This document shows, in pieces, positions 14,378-23,072 of a stretch of DNA of 38,746 nt. The stretch lies in IMG/VR virus record IMGVR_UViG_3300045988_141642, one strand, 5' to 3'. Each line of letters begins with the position of its first letter. The first letter of the stretch is position 1. The notes below the pieces were generated by a model. The model was not told the origin of the DNA, did no database searches, and saw nothing but the letters and a program-made list of their open reading frames with translations. The DNA comes from a virus. Position numbers and translations under genes: made by a program.

Positions 14378-16419
14378 TATTCCGGACTGGTGCTTGTGGC
14401 TACTCTCTTGCGTGCCTGCGTTGCAAGAGAGTTGTCCTGATATTTGTCTGTGTTACCTAAGCTGTCGCTGGCGGTCGGCGTTGTGTCCACCGACTGCGTG
14501 TCTGTCACCGCCGCACCGCTCATTGCACCCGGTGTCATATCCTGACCGCTCATCAGATCTTGACCAGTCAACTGCTTGATGATCTCATTGCTGGTGTTCA
14601 GTGCCTGTGTCATTTGCTGGATCGTGTTCCACATCGTACCGTTTTCCTGGACCCGCTGCACTATGCGGTCTTTGTGGTTAATATCCATCATATCCAGAAG
14701 TGCCAGCGCCTGATCTGCGTTCTGCGGGTTCAACACGCCCAGGTTGTACATCTGCACTGCCAGCTCATTTTGAGCCAGTTTACTGTAAGGGCTGGCCTTG
14801 CTGGCCGATACATCTACATCGAAGTTGGGCATCTGGTAATACTCATCGTCCGGAAACAGCGTTTCAATACGCCGCTCCTGCATGTTCTGATTGGAGAAGG
14901 TCTCAAACGATACAGATCCATCCGCGCCGGTAATACGGAACACACGAGGCATATCGTAGAACTGCCGAATACGCTCGATCACCATCAAGATGATCTCCTT
15001 ATATGCCCGGTATGTACCCTTTATTTGCCAGCGTGAAGTCTTGCTCCCGGCTTCCTGCATAGCGCTGATTGCACTGGCTGCCGTTACCCCGCTGCTTGTA
15101 CCGCCACTGGACACATCACGGTTACCGCTGGTCTCCTTCATCTCGTCAATCTTGTGCATGAGCACATTATAGGCGTTGCCGTCTATGCCATTGATCACGA
15201 TTGGCGCATAGGTGTCCTGGCCCACATTGTTACCCACCTTAATGAAATGCTTGGAAGTATCCGCGAAGTCGTCTTCGTTGATCTCGCCATCGTCACGCAC
15301 CAAATAGCGCGGCACAGAGCTCCAGATCGCGTTTTCCAACATCGCCTGGGACAGCTTGTCGATATATTCCTGCGGTTCCTTACAGAGGTCCACATAGCCA
15401 TATCCGGCAGGGCTTCCGGCCACACGGAACAGCGGGTCAAACACAAAGGGATATTTGCCGTCAATATACAGCCCGGTATCCTTCCGTTCTGGGTCATTCT
15501 CAGTTGCATACAGCACTACACCGTTGCAGAACTTCACATAGTGCACCACATTCTTGCCGTCCACATTCACCTTGTAGTACCAGTCTACCACCTGACTGCG
15601 ATTGCTCTTGTCCACCGTATCATCAAACTGGTACTCTGTTTGTACCACACTGTGCATAGAGGATAATCGGTCCTTCAGCTGCGGATACTGAGACACCAGT
15701 ACATCGTTATTGGCAGAAGTAATATGGAATAGATTGGCCGAATCTTGGATATTCTCAATCCCAGGCTCCCAAGCAAAATTCAGGATATCGCACTTTTTAA
15801 CGCTCACATCGCCAAGGCCATTCAGCTTGTCCTGATCCCACACCACAGCGTATATGCCTGTACCGTTCAGGACCTTGGAGTGCACTGCCTGGTCAAACTC
15901 CTGTTCAAAGCCGTTCTCATCCAGCACCACCGGCACCACGGCAGATAACTGCTTAGCTGTCTCCTTGTCGCCCTCTTCCTGCGGCAGAATATTGGGCTCG
16001 GGGAAATTGTCCATATAGTCAGCGACCTTGTTATCCACGCAGGAATGCAGCCATGCAGACGCCGGCTTAATGCGCTTGTCACCCTCTTTGCCGTGATCTG
16101 ACTTGAAGTTGCCCCAATGTCGCAGCTTCCACCAGTTTTGGTTGGCCACCACTCGGGCATCTACGGATGCCTTACCAGCCATGTACTTATTCAGCAGCTC
16201 CATAGCCCGCTGCACATCTTCTTCTGTAATGGTGTGCAGTTCTTCCTCTTCCGGCTCCTCGGCTGACATTTCGTCCACCAGCTGCTGCGCCTGTTCGATC
16301 GGGTCATCAGCAGCGGGCGCTACGGCATCTTCCGGCTTCTTTTGCGGCTCCGTCTGCCCTTGGGCGTGCTGCATAAATTCTTCCTTACTCGGCTTTTTCT
16401 TTTGCTTAGCCATAATCAA
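14377..16419 (-). CDS. Portal protein
   Basis: 680 aa, immediately downstream of terL with an ATGA overlap. It has an acidic N-terminal extension. Size and position are typical of portals. Confidence 0.85.
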   Translation of the reverse strand: MIMAKQKKKPSKEEFMQHAQGQTEPQKKPEDAVAPAADDPIEQAQQLVDEMSAEEPEEEELHTITEEDVQRAMELLNKYMAGKASVDARVVANQNWWKLRHWGNFKSDHGKEGDKRIKPASAWLHSCVDNKVADYMDNFPEPNILPQEEGDKETAKQLSAVVPVVLDENGFEQEFDQAVHSKVLNGTGIYAVVWDQDKLNGLGDVSVKKCDILNFAWEPGIENIQDSANLFHITSANNDVLVSQYPQLKDRLSSMHSVVQTEYQFDDTVDKSNRSQVVDWYYKVNVDGKNVVHYVKFCNGVVLYATENDPERKDTGLYIDGKYPFVFDPLFRVAGSPAGYGYVDLCKEPQEYIDKLSQAMLENAIWSSVPRYLVRDDGEINEDDFADTSKHFIKVGNNVGQDTYAPIVINGIDGNAYNVLMHKIDEMKETSGNRDVSSGGTSSGVTAASAISAMQEAGSKTSRWQIKGTYRAYKEIILMVIERIRQFYDMPRVFRITGADGSVSFETFSNQNMQERRIETLFPDDEYYQMPNFDVDVSASKASPYSKLAQNELAVQMYNLGVLNPQNADQALALLDMMDINHKDRIVQRVQENGTMWNTIQQMTQALNTSNEIIKQLTGQDLMSGQDMTPGAMSGAAVTDTQSVDTTPTASDSLGNTDKYQDNSLATQARKRVATSTSPE

Positions 16420-17804
16420 TATCCTTTCTTCATTTGATCCAGAGGGTCATCTGCCAGCGCTCTGGCCGGTATCTTCCGCCTGGGCGGTATCTTCTGCAAC
16501 ATGGAGAAATAACGAAACTCATCCATTGCGTGATCCTCAAGTTCCGTATTCAAGTCCTCCACCTTGTGTTCGTCATACATCATCAAAGGAATGGTCCGGA
16601 TGAAGTCCTTACAATTCTTGAACACATACATCATCGGGTACCCACGCTCGTCAAACATCAGCCTGTAATGGCACTGCATCCACCCGGCTATGCGGGTGTT
16701 ATCGCCGCGCTCAAAGTACACGCCGTGTCTGTTTGCCGTCTCCGCAATGGAATACCCATCATCCTTGGCGAAGATAGCAGGGTCTGCTACGCCGGTAATA
16801 TGTCGGCCCGCCAGTAGCGGGTCATGCGTTTCTATCTCTCTGATCTTCTGGAACACAATATCCGCCGGTAGTTTCAGTCCTTCGTTTGGAGAAGTGCAGC
16901 CGTACCATTCCTTAATGCGGTACACCACACCATCATATCCCTGAGCCCCCCAGCCGCAAGAGAATGGCTTGCTGTACCCCCAGTCGAACGAGCGATACAC
17001 CTTCCAGTCGGCAGGAATATCAAACGGATCTATCACATGGGTCCACCTACGGTCTGTATAGTGGTCCGGGTTATTCCGCCATTCCTCGAAGAACTGACCC
17101 GAAAACACATTCCAGTCACCATACCGCCATGCCTGGCGCACCTTGGCAGGCAGCGCGTCCAACTGCTGAAGGTACTTTGGGCTGTTATCAAGCAGTATTT
17201 GGTTATCTGTCACCAGGGACTGTATGAACGAATAATCCTCCGGGTTCTCATTCTCATCGTACACCCGATCAATGAATAGTCGCTTGACCCACTGGTGACC
17301 AACGCCACCAGGGTTGCAGGTAAGGTACATTCTTTTGGGATGGCTATTTGTACCACGCACACAAGCCCACAAAGTCTTGAACATATCCTCCGTGAACTGC
17401 GTGGCCTCGTCCAGGTACATGATATCGCACTCCGTACCTTGGAAGCGGCCCAGGTCCTTCTCTCGCTCCAAATAGCGGAACAATATGCGACTGCCATTGG
17501 GGAATGTGATCGTCTTCTTACTGTCGTTGTACACGGCCAGACGCCGGTACCTATCCGGATGATAGCATTGCAACGCCCTGGTCAGTGGCACAATATGATT
17601 TTCCGTCAGCTCAGGATAAGTCTTGCGCACAATAATTTGCGTAATACCCGGGCAGGCGTAGCTCATCACCTTGGCCTTGCAGTCCACTACCCAGCTTTTG
17701 CCACCGCCTCTGGCACCACCAAAGGCAACAACATTGTGGGTGTCTGTCAGGAACTCCACCTGCTTAGGCTGTGGCGTGCCCAGGTCCAATACTTCACTCG
17801 GCAT
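16416..17804 (-). CDS. terL: Terminase large subunit
   Basis: 462 aa. Walker A motif GGARGGGKSW is near the N-terminus, with a Walker B-like MYLDEA and a C-terminal nuclease-like region. Synteny is terS-terL-portal. Confidence 0.92.
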   Translation of the reverse strand: MPSEVLDLGTPQPKQVEFLTDTHNVVAFGGARGGGKSWVVDCKAKVMSYACPGITQIIVRKTYPELTENHIVPLTRALQCYHPDRYRRLAVYNDSKKTITFPNGSRILFRYLEREKDLGRFQGTECDIMYLDEATQFTEDMFKTLWACVRGTNSHPKRMYLTCNPGGVGHQWVKRLFIDRVYDENENPEDYSFIQSLVTDNQILLDNSPKYLQQLDALPAKVRQAWRYGDWNVFSGQFFEEWRNNPDHYTDRRWTHVIDPFDIPADWKVYRSFDWGYSKPFSCGWGAQGYDGVVYRIKEWYGCTSPNEGLKLPADIVFQKIREIETHDPLLAGRHITGVADPAIFAKDDGYSIAETANRHGVYFERGDNTRIAGWMQCHYRLMFDERGYPMMYVFKNCKDFIRTIPLMMYDEHKVEDLNTELEDHAMDEFRYFSMLQKIPPRRKIPARALADDPLDQMKKGY

Positions 17805-18321
17805 ACTTCTTCACCTCGTCTGACAACACCACCTGCACCTCCGGTACGCCTGCAGCTACGCTGTCGCTTTGGCTCTTCAGGTGCTCTATGCGCGCCTGCT
17901 GCTCCTGTCTGTCCAGATCGTCACGCACATTCAGAAGATCCTTTACATCCTTCAAGCTGGAAGCAATCTGTTTGGTGCCGGCACGGTCCACAGCCACACC
18001 TGACACACGCACCACCTTGTACTCGCCGTCTTGCTGCTCCACAGAGCACATTTCATCCAGCTCCTCTATGGCTTTGTCTAACTTATCCATCAGCTTGTCT
18101 GCAAGGCAGTGCAGCCGCTCAACGCGCTTTACCTCACGTTCCACAGACATATCCATATATTTTTGTTCCACCTTGGCCCTGTAGTCGTTCCTCTGCTCCG
18201 TCCACTTTTCGTTAGCTGCCCTCTTACGCAGCGTGGACTGTGAACAGCTGTACTCGTCTGCCAGGGTCCGCAGGCTCTTACTGCCGGAGACATATTCACG
18301 CCTCACCCTATTCCAGTCCAC
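17794..18321 (-). CDS. terS: Terminase small subunit (HTH)
   Basis: 175 aa. GTG start has GAGGTGA 6 nt upstream. The N-terminus is HTH-like (SLRTLADEYSCSQSTLRKRAANEKW) followed by a coiled coil. It overlaps the terL start. Confidence 0.8.
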   Translation of the reverse strand: MDWNRVRREYVSGSKSLRTLADEYSCSQSTLRKRAANEKWTEQRNDYRAKVEQKYMDMSVEREVKRVERLHCLADKLMDKLDKAIEELDEMCSVEQQDGEYKVVRVSGVAVDRAGTKQIASSLKDVKDLLNVRDDLDRQEQQARIEHLKSQSDSVAAGVPEVQVVLSDEVKKYAE

Positions 18322-18355
18322 TTGATCACCTCACTATGATTTAGCATAACAAAAA

Positions 18356-18379
18356 GAGGGTGACTTTCGTCACCCCCCC
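18356..18379 (-). terminator. G/C-tract hairpin terminator, paralog 2 of 3
   Basis: On the minus strand GGGGGGGTGAC, loop GAAA, then GTCACCCTC is followed by TTTTTGTT. It lies between the last early/middle gene (stop 18393) and the terS start (18321). Confidence 0.75.
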
Positions 18380-18392
18380 GATGATACCATTG

Positions 18393-18620
18393 CTATGCGT
18401 CATCGTGCAGCTGTGCCAGCGGACAGCCTTCCCAGCAGTAAGAGGTGCAGAATGACCGCATGTGTTCATCTTTTTTGACCTTAGACCGAAATACCACACG
18501 CAGCCCGGAACTATCATACACAGCCGGTGCACAGTTGATCTGTACCGTCTCCTGGCTGTCATAGTAAGGACAGATAACCTTGGCATCTCCGTAGCTCTTC
18601 TGCTTTGACTTTGACATCAT
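18393..18620 (-). CDS. Small Cys-rich protein (75 aa); possible late-gene regulator by position only
   Basis: Track ORF. RBS is TAAGGAGG. Five Cys residues (CPYY...C...C..YCWEGCP). It is the last gene before the terminator and terS. Confidence 0.7.
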   Translation of the reverse strand: MMSKSKQKSYGDAKVICPYYDSQETVQINCAPAVYDSSGLRVVFRSKVKKDEHMRSFCTSYCWEGCPLAQLHDDA

Positions 18621-18631
18621 TGGTTGCCTCC

Positions 18632-19042
18632 TTAGCGGCCCGTACTCCCGAACCCGCCATTTCCGCGTTCGGTGTCCGCCAGTTTTTCCACCAACACCAA
18701 CTCCGGCGTGTCGATCTTGACCACCACCAGCTGGCTGATTTTGTCCCCACGGTGCACGGCGTAATCAGCACCGCTGTAGTTGTACAGCTTGACGGCAATA
18801 CTTCCGGTGTAGCCCACATCAATCACGCCCTCGCTGGTAATTCCATGCTTCACATTCAACCCGCTTTTTGATTTGAGAAAGCCTGCTGTGTGTGCCGGCA
18901 ATTCAATATGTACCCCGGTGTCAACTGTCACCGCTCCGTGTGCCGGAATTACCGTGTCCACCGGTGACAGCAGATCAAGCCCTGCGTCCGTGTTGTGCGC
19001 TCGAACAGGCATTAACGCCTGCTTGTCAAGTTGAATGTTCAT
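18632..19042 (-). CDS. dut: dUTP pyrophosphatase (trimeric dUTPase)
   Basis: 136 aa with canonical motifs: AGLDL, GVIDVGYTG, and RGNGGFGSTGR at the C-terminus. Confidence 0.95.
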   Translation of the reverse strand: MNIQLDKQALMPVRAHNTDAGLDLLSPVDTVIPAHGAVTVDTGVHIELPAHTAGFLKSKSGLNVKHGITSEGVIDVGYTGSIAVKLYNYSGADYAVHRGDKISQLVVVKIDTPELVLVEKLADTERGNGGFGSTGR

Positions 19043-19239
19043 TCTTTATCCTCCATTTTGCAACCGCAACGTGGACAATAATTATAAGTCAGAGACCCCC
19101 AGCTATTACAATTTGAACAAGTATAGTAAATGCTCTTTGTCCCCATCGACGTTCCAAGACCAAGTTCGTGGAAAGCCTTCATTTGCTTTTCATCCGGATC
19201 ATGTCTGATCCAGTGAGCAAGTTTCTCTGTATTTGTCAT
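19039..19239 (-). CDS. Small zinc-ribbon protein (66 aa)
   Basis: CSNC...CPRCGC motif. The preferred start is the ATG at 19239 with AAGGAG 8 nt upstream. The track start at 19260 is also possible. Confidence 0.65.
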   Translation of the reverse strand: MTNTEKLAHWIRHDPDEKQMKAFHELGLGTSMGTKSIYYTCSNCNSWGSLTYNYCPRCGCKMEDKE

Positions 19240-19256
19240 TCTTTTTTCTCCTTCAC

Positions 19257-19478
19257 TCATTCAAACACCCACGCAGGTAATAAAATGCTATAATCTTTTA
19301 ATGCTTGCAATCTCATGTCTTTAACAGATGAAAAAACATTTTTTTCGATCAACAATCTAACTGCTTCTTTGACTGATTCTTTTTTCATCATTCCGTTTAC
19401 ATAAAAATTATCAGGACCGCAGTTAACGTATTCCTCAAGAAAGTTTTGTGTTTTTCTGTTATATGGCGTGTCTGTCAT
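19257..19478 (-). CDS. Hypothetical protein (73 aa)
   Basis: ATG at 19478 has GGAGGA upstream and an ATGA overlap with the stop of 19475..19753. The N-terminal extension given in the track looks non-coding. Confidence 0.6.
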   Translation of the reverse strand: MTDTPYNRKTQNFLEEYVNCGPDNFYVNGMMKKESVKEAVRLLIEKNVFSSVKDMRLQALKDYSILLPAWVFE

Positions 19479-19753
19479 TCTTTTTCCTCCATTCTCGGTG
19501 GGTCTGGCAGTTCTCGCCAATGAGTAACATGCGGGTGGAATACTGGTATGTCCTCCCACTCCATTTCTCTGTAAGACAGCACGAAGAAACCAATGTCGAG
19601 AGAAACGGTGATTTCGTCCTCTTCGGTATCGTCTATGGCAACATAACCAATGCCGTCACATACACCATACAACTGGTTGCAGTCCAAATCTTCCCCCATT
19701 GCTCCAATGAAGCTGTCACGGTCGATTTCAACCACTTTGAAATATCGTGCCAT
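19475..19753 (-). CDS. Hypothetical protein (92 aa), DUF551-like C-terminus
   Basis: The C-terminal ...VTHWRELPDPP resembles the HW-x-PLPEPP ending common in DUF551-type phage proteins. It abuts the ThyX-like gene. Confidence 0.65.
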   Translation of the reverse strand: MARYFKVVEIDRDSFIGAMGEDLDCNQLYGVCDGIGYVAIDDTEEDEITVSLDIGFFVLSYREMEWEDIPVFHPHVTHWRELPDPPRMEEKE

Positions 19754-20445
19754 TATTTCTCCTTTCCGGTAATTAACTCAGAATATGGAAGACTCTTAAT
19801 CCAATCCATAAATCCAACAGACCATTCGTCCAACTTATGATTGTTACGAGATTTATAAATATTTGCCAGGACTTCATAATTCAGCATAACCGTCCGTTTC
19901 TGATTGTAAGAGCTTGGCAAGAGCTGAATCATTTGCCACCACCACTCTTTTTTAGCGTCTGTATTACACCAATGATATGCGTCCCTTGCCTCGTTCAATA
20001 GCTTAATAGTTTCTTTCAAATGAACAAGCCAAGAATTTTCAAGATGTTCACAACTAAAATCCTCCAGCGTAAACTCCTTTGCTGCGATCTTGTGCATCGT
20101 GCTACAAGAGTTTGCAACCGTGCCGATTTTGTACGTATCGAACTCCTTCCACCAATACAGTGGTGCAGTAATATCAACATATACTGCAATCATTCGCATG
20201 AATTTACGATGGTCTGTGCCGGCATTGCGGAGACGAGTCATGAGATTCATATCGTCATAGCCAACGACAAACTCTTTATTTTCCATTCGACTTCTACAAT
20301 GATTTCTATCAGCTCTACATGAGTGGCAACCTATCGTATCTAAGCAAATCCCACTATCGCTCTGTTCCCAAGAATTCATAGGATTGCGCATTCCTCTAAT
20401 GGCTGCCTCCCAACCCATAACTTCAGTGTTTTCAAATTTAATCAT
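19753..20445 (-). CDS. ThyX (Thy1)-fold protein with degenerate catalytic motif
   Basis: 230 aa. By eye it aligns to flavin-dependent thymidylate synthase: ...GTDHRKFMRMIAVYVDITAPLYWWKEFDTYKIGTVANSCSTMH... against ...[40 protein letters not shown]. The RHR-x7-S-x-RY motif is replaced by TYK...S-x-T-MH. Confidence 0.7.
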   Translation of the reverse strand: MIKFENTEVMGWEAAIRGMRNPMNSWEQSDSGICLDTIGCHSCRADRNHCRSRMENKEFVVGYDDMNLMTRLRNAGTDHRKFMRMIAVYVDITAPLYWWKEFDTYKIGTVANSCSTMHKIAAKEFTLEDFSCEHLENSWLVHLKETIKLLNEARDAYHWCNTDAKKEWWWQMIQLLPSSYNQKRTVMLNYEVLANIYKSRNNHKLDEWSVGFMDWIKSLPYSELITGKEK

Positions 20446-20717
20446 TTGATTTTACGCTCCTTTAGAAATCTTCTATATGACCTACTATATTTTTTTAATA
20501 TTAAATACAGCATTATAGTATTCGTTTGTTCGGTAGACTCTGGTATAGCTGTTAAATAAGGATAATGCTTTTTATCGTCTATTAACGTTTTGAACACCAA
20601 GTCTAATGCAAATTGTGCATTGATAGGCGGGTCGCATAATTCAAAATCATTATTAGCATACCAGTCATCTATCCTATTCTGAAAGCCCTCAAAAGATATG
20701 TCATCGTCCCAGATCAT
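20442..20717 (-). CDS. Hypothetical protein (91 aa)
   Basis: ATG at 20717 has GGAAGGGAG upstream. The sequence MIWDDDISFEGFQNRIDDWY... is plausible, whereas the longer track ORF N-terminus is Ala/Thr-rich junk from the neighbouring frame. Confidence 0.6.
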   Translation of the reverse strand: MIWDDDISFEGFQNRIDDWYANNDFELCDPPINAQFALDLVFKTLIDDKKHYPYLTAIPESTEQTNTIMLYLILKKYSRSYRRFLKERKIK

Positions 20718-20874
20718 CGTCGATCTCCCTTCCATTCTCGCAGCTGTACTGACCCTGGTGTATCGTCTTACCGTCAGGTGCCAGGTGTTTGCGGCAGCCG
20801 TATTCATTGCTGCCCAGGTTGCGGCCATACTGGCAGCGATCACAGCGCACATAGAATGCACATTGTTCAGCCAT
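20701..20874 (-). CDS. Small Cys-rich protein (57 aa)
   Basis: ATG at 20874 has GGAGGG 9 nt upstream and overlaps the rusA stop. The sequence is MAEQCAFYVRCDRCQYGRNLGSNEYGCRKH... Confidence 0.55.
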   Translation of the reverse strand: MAEQCAFYVRCDRCQYGRNLGSNEYGCRKHLAPDGKTIHQGQYSCENGREIDDDLGR

Positions 20875-21307
20875 CTGTCCGTGCCCTCCAGTTCCGCAGC
20901 TCGACCTCCACATAGCCATCCAAATCATAGGTCTTGAGCACTTGCAGCTCCACCACCTGCTTGTCATCCGGGTAGGCCAGGCCGTTCAATGCGTCCAGCA
21001 CGATCTTGGCGATGTTGTCCGTGTCCGGCTTTTTTGTGGGCAGCACACTGCCAGCCATCATCTCCACCTTACGCTTTTTGCTGGCACTCTTAGGCATGCC
21101 AAACGCCGCAATGATTGTTGCACTGATTGGCTCATCAACTGCATACGCCATCCGGTCACCGTATGCCTGCCGATAACAGAACCGCACCTCGTCTTCGTAG
21201 TCCTTGGTCTTCCTGGGCGTATATGTAGCGATATGGTCACCTCGGCGCACAGCCCGGTGCCGTCCCTTGCCCTGGGGCTCTCCTGGTATCGTCAATCGTA
21301 CCATCAT
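20867..21307 (-). CDS. rusA: Holliday junction resolvase RusA
   Basis: 146 aa with ...KPDTDNIAKIVLDALNGLAYPDDKQVV..., matching the RusA signature PD-x-DN-x2-K-x3-D-x-L...DD. Confidence 0.9.
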   Translation of the reverse strand: MMVRLTIPGEPQGKGRHRAVRRGDHIATYTPRKTKDYEDEVRFCYRQAYGDRMAYAVDEPISATIIAAFGMPKSASKKRKVEMMAGSVLPTKKPDTDNIAKIVLDALNGLAYPDDKQVVELQVLKTYDLDGYVEVELRNWRARTDG

Positions 21308-21618
21308 CTTGCTGTCACCAGCCTTTCGTAAATCTGCTGGGCCATTGCTGCCGTGGCCAGCTCTTCATCGCCGTGAGCGTTCAGTCGCTTGGCGTACCGC
21401 AGCAGCGGCTCCGGATTGTTCTCATCCACCAGCATGTACCCAAAGTCACCGGTGACGATGGGCACGCCCTGTTCCTGCATAGCCTTGCGCTCTGATCTCA
21501 GGTCCCGCTCGCTAATGCGCGTCCGCCGCGCCAGCTCTTTGCCCCTCACCGGCATGCCGGGCGGGATCAGTGCGTCATAGATCAACGCCTGCCGTGGTGT
21601 CAGTTTGTTCAGTTCCAT
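21304..21618 (-). CDS. Winged-helix DNA-binding protein (104 aa), replication-module associated
   Basis: Track ORF. It has an HTH-like segment (VRGKELARRTRISERDLRSERKAMQEQGVPIV) and sits between the initiator and rusA. Confidence 0.7.
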   Translation of the reverse strand: MELNKLTPRQALIYDALIPPGMPVRGKELARRTRISERDLRSERKAMQEQGVPIVTGDFGYMLVDENNPEPLLRYAKRLNAHGDEELATAAMAQQIYERLVTAR

Positions 21619-21627
21619 AGGCTCCTC

Positions 21628-22371
21628 CTAAAACTTGATGTCTGTGTTGTTCATGGTGTCCCGCTTGATCTGCTCCAGGTCGTAGGACGGCGGGCTTTGT
21701 AGTGCGCCGCTCTTCTTCCTGTCCTCTGTGCCCCACTTCTGCAGTACCGCCAGGTGGTCGTAGTAGGTCTTGTGGGTGTTGTGAATATGGAAGGACAAGT
21801 TCTTGATCAGTCGCTGCCAGTCAAGTGGGAATTGTTTTTTCAGCTTGGCAAGCTCCTCATCGGTTAATCGAACATTTTTATACTCGCCATATAATTTTGC
21901 GGGCGTGCACGCGCTCGCGCGCTCTCTCCCTTCTCCTGTATTTCTTTTACATTCTTCTACATTCTTGTTTGTGTGTTTCTGCGGCGTTTCAGTGTCGTTT
22001 CTGTGTCGTTCCTGCGTCGTTTCTGTGTCGTTTTTTGCATTTGCGTATGCTTGATATTTGGCGTAGTGAAGCACTCTAAGCCGTGTCTTTTTACTGTCGC
22101 TTTTTACTGACAACATTCCGTCAGCTTGAAGTGTATCCAAGTAACGCTTAACTTTCGTGTTACTCCACTTCCACCGATCGCACAAAAAGCGAATGGAGGT
22201 GACCAGCTCGCCAATGTCCACATCCATCAGCTTGCCATCAATCATCATCTTTGCAGGTGAGCGATTGCACAGCAGCAGAAGGTCCATCCAGGCATGGAAT
22301 TTGTCGTATGGCTCCGCAGAATATAGCCAGTGCTCCGTAACCTTTCGGTGCACCTTGATCCATCCTTGCAT
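21628..22371 (-). CDS. Replication initiator/replisome organizer-like protein (247 aa)
   Basis: The N-terminal GWIKVHRKVTEHWLY... winged-helix type is common in Firmicutes phage replication proteins. The gene contains internal iteron-like repeats and sits next to ssb. Confidence 0.7.
   Translation of the reverse strand: MQGWIKVHRKVTEHWLYSAEPYDKFHAWMDLLLLCNRSPAKMMIDGKLMDVDIGELVTSIRFLCDRWKWSNTKVKRYLDTLQADGMLSVKSDSKKTRLRVLHYAKYQAYANAKNDTETTQERHRNDTETPQKHTNKNVEECKRNTGEGRERASACTPAKLYGEYKNVRLTDEELAKLKKQFPLDWQRLIKNLSFHIHNTHKTYYDHLAVLQKWGTEDRKKSGALQSPPSYDLEQIKRDTMNNTDIKF
21980..22034. repeat. Five tandem 11-bp iteron-like repeats (plus strand TG[TC]G[TG]CGTT[TC][CT]); candidate origin
   Basis: The units are tgcggcgtttc, agtgtcgtttc, tgtgtcgttcc, tgcgtcgtttc and tgtgtcgtttt. 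A degenerate copy and a 2x tacattctt repeat lie just upstream (21948..21979). Confidence 0.7.
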
Positions 22372-22380
22372 AGGCTCTCC

Positions 22381-22791
22381 TTAAAACGGCAGGTCGTCGT
22401 CATCATCAATGGGCTCAAACTCTGCGTCATCTGCCGGTGCGCTGCCTGTGGTCGCCTGTGCGCCGCTCTCTGCCTTAGAGCCACAGAAGGACACCTGATT
22501 AGCTACCACTTGCACGCTCTTGCGTTTCTCGCCGTTCTGGTCCGTGTAGTTGTCTGTCTGCAAAGAACCCTCCACGGCGATCATAGAGCCTTTATGGAAG
22601 TATTTGCACACAAATTCTGCCGTCTGCCGCCAGGCGGTGCAGTCGATAAAGTCCGTCTTGCGTTCCTCGCCCGCCTTCTGATAGCTGCGGTCCACAGCCA
22701 CCTGGAACCGCACAACGGAGACGCCGCTGGGCGTGGCTCTCAGCTCCGGTTCGTAGGTCAGTCGACCCATAATTACAACGCTGTTAATCAT
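22381..22791 (-). CDS. ssb: Single-stranded DNA-binding protein
   Basis: 136 aa. OB-fold N-terminus (MINSVVIMGRLTYEPELR...) and an acidic C-terminal tip DDDDDLPF. Confidence 0.95.
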   Translation of the reverse strand: MINSVVIMGRLTYEPELRATPSGVSVVRFQVAVDRSYQKAGEERKTDFIDCTAWRQTAEFVCKYFHKGSMIAVEGSLQTDNYTDQNGEKRKSVQVVANQVSFCGSKAESGAQATTGSAPADDAEFEPIDDDDDLPF

Positions 22792-23072
22792 AGATAATTC
22801 CTCCCAAAAATAGATATAAAGTCCTTGTCCGGGTAGGCAGCTTCAAAAGCCTGCTGCCCAACCCGGTGTAAATAGTCCATCGTCTGCTTGCAATGGTGTA
22901 CGCCTCTCGGCGGCTCGTTGTGGCAATTATGGCACAGGAGCACCGTCAAGCCGTATTTCTCGCTTTTCCGTCTGTTATATGCCCCAAATACATGGTGTCG
23001 CTCCAGGGCCCGCACAGAGCCGCACAGGTAGCACTGCCGCTGCTCTTCCGGCTGTATAATGCTCTTCTTCAC
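22788..23072 (-). CDS. Zn-binding HNH-like protein (about 94 aa)
   Basis: CYLCG...RHHVFG...LLCHNCHNE pattern. The GTG start at 23072 has GGGAGGA upstream and overlaps the preceding stop (GTGA). The track start at 23090 is an alternative. Confidence 0.65.
   Translation of the reverse strand: MKKSIIQPEEQRQCYLCGSVRALERHHVFGAYNRRKSEKYGLTVLLCHNCHNEPPRGVHHCKQTMDYLHRVGQQAFEAAYPDKDFISIFGRNYL

Noticed and set aside
17295-18215. 306-aa plus-strand ORF (and 17771..18184)
   Set aside because: It is antisense to terL/terS. Its product is Pro/Ala/Arg-rich junk.
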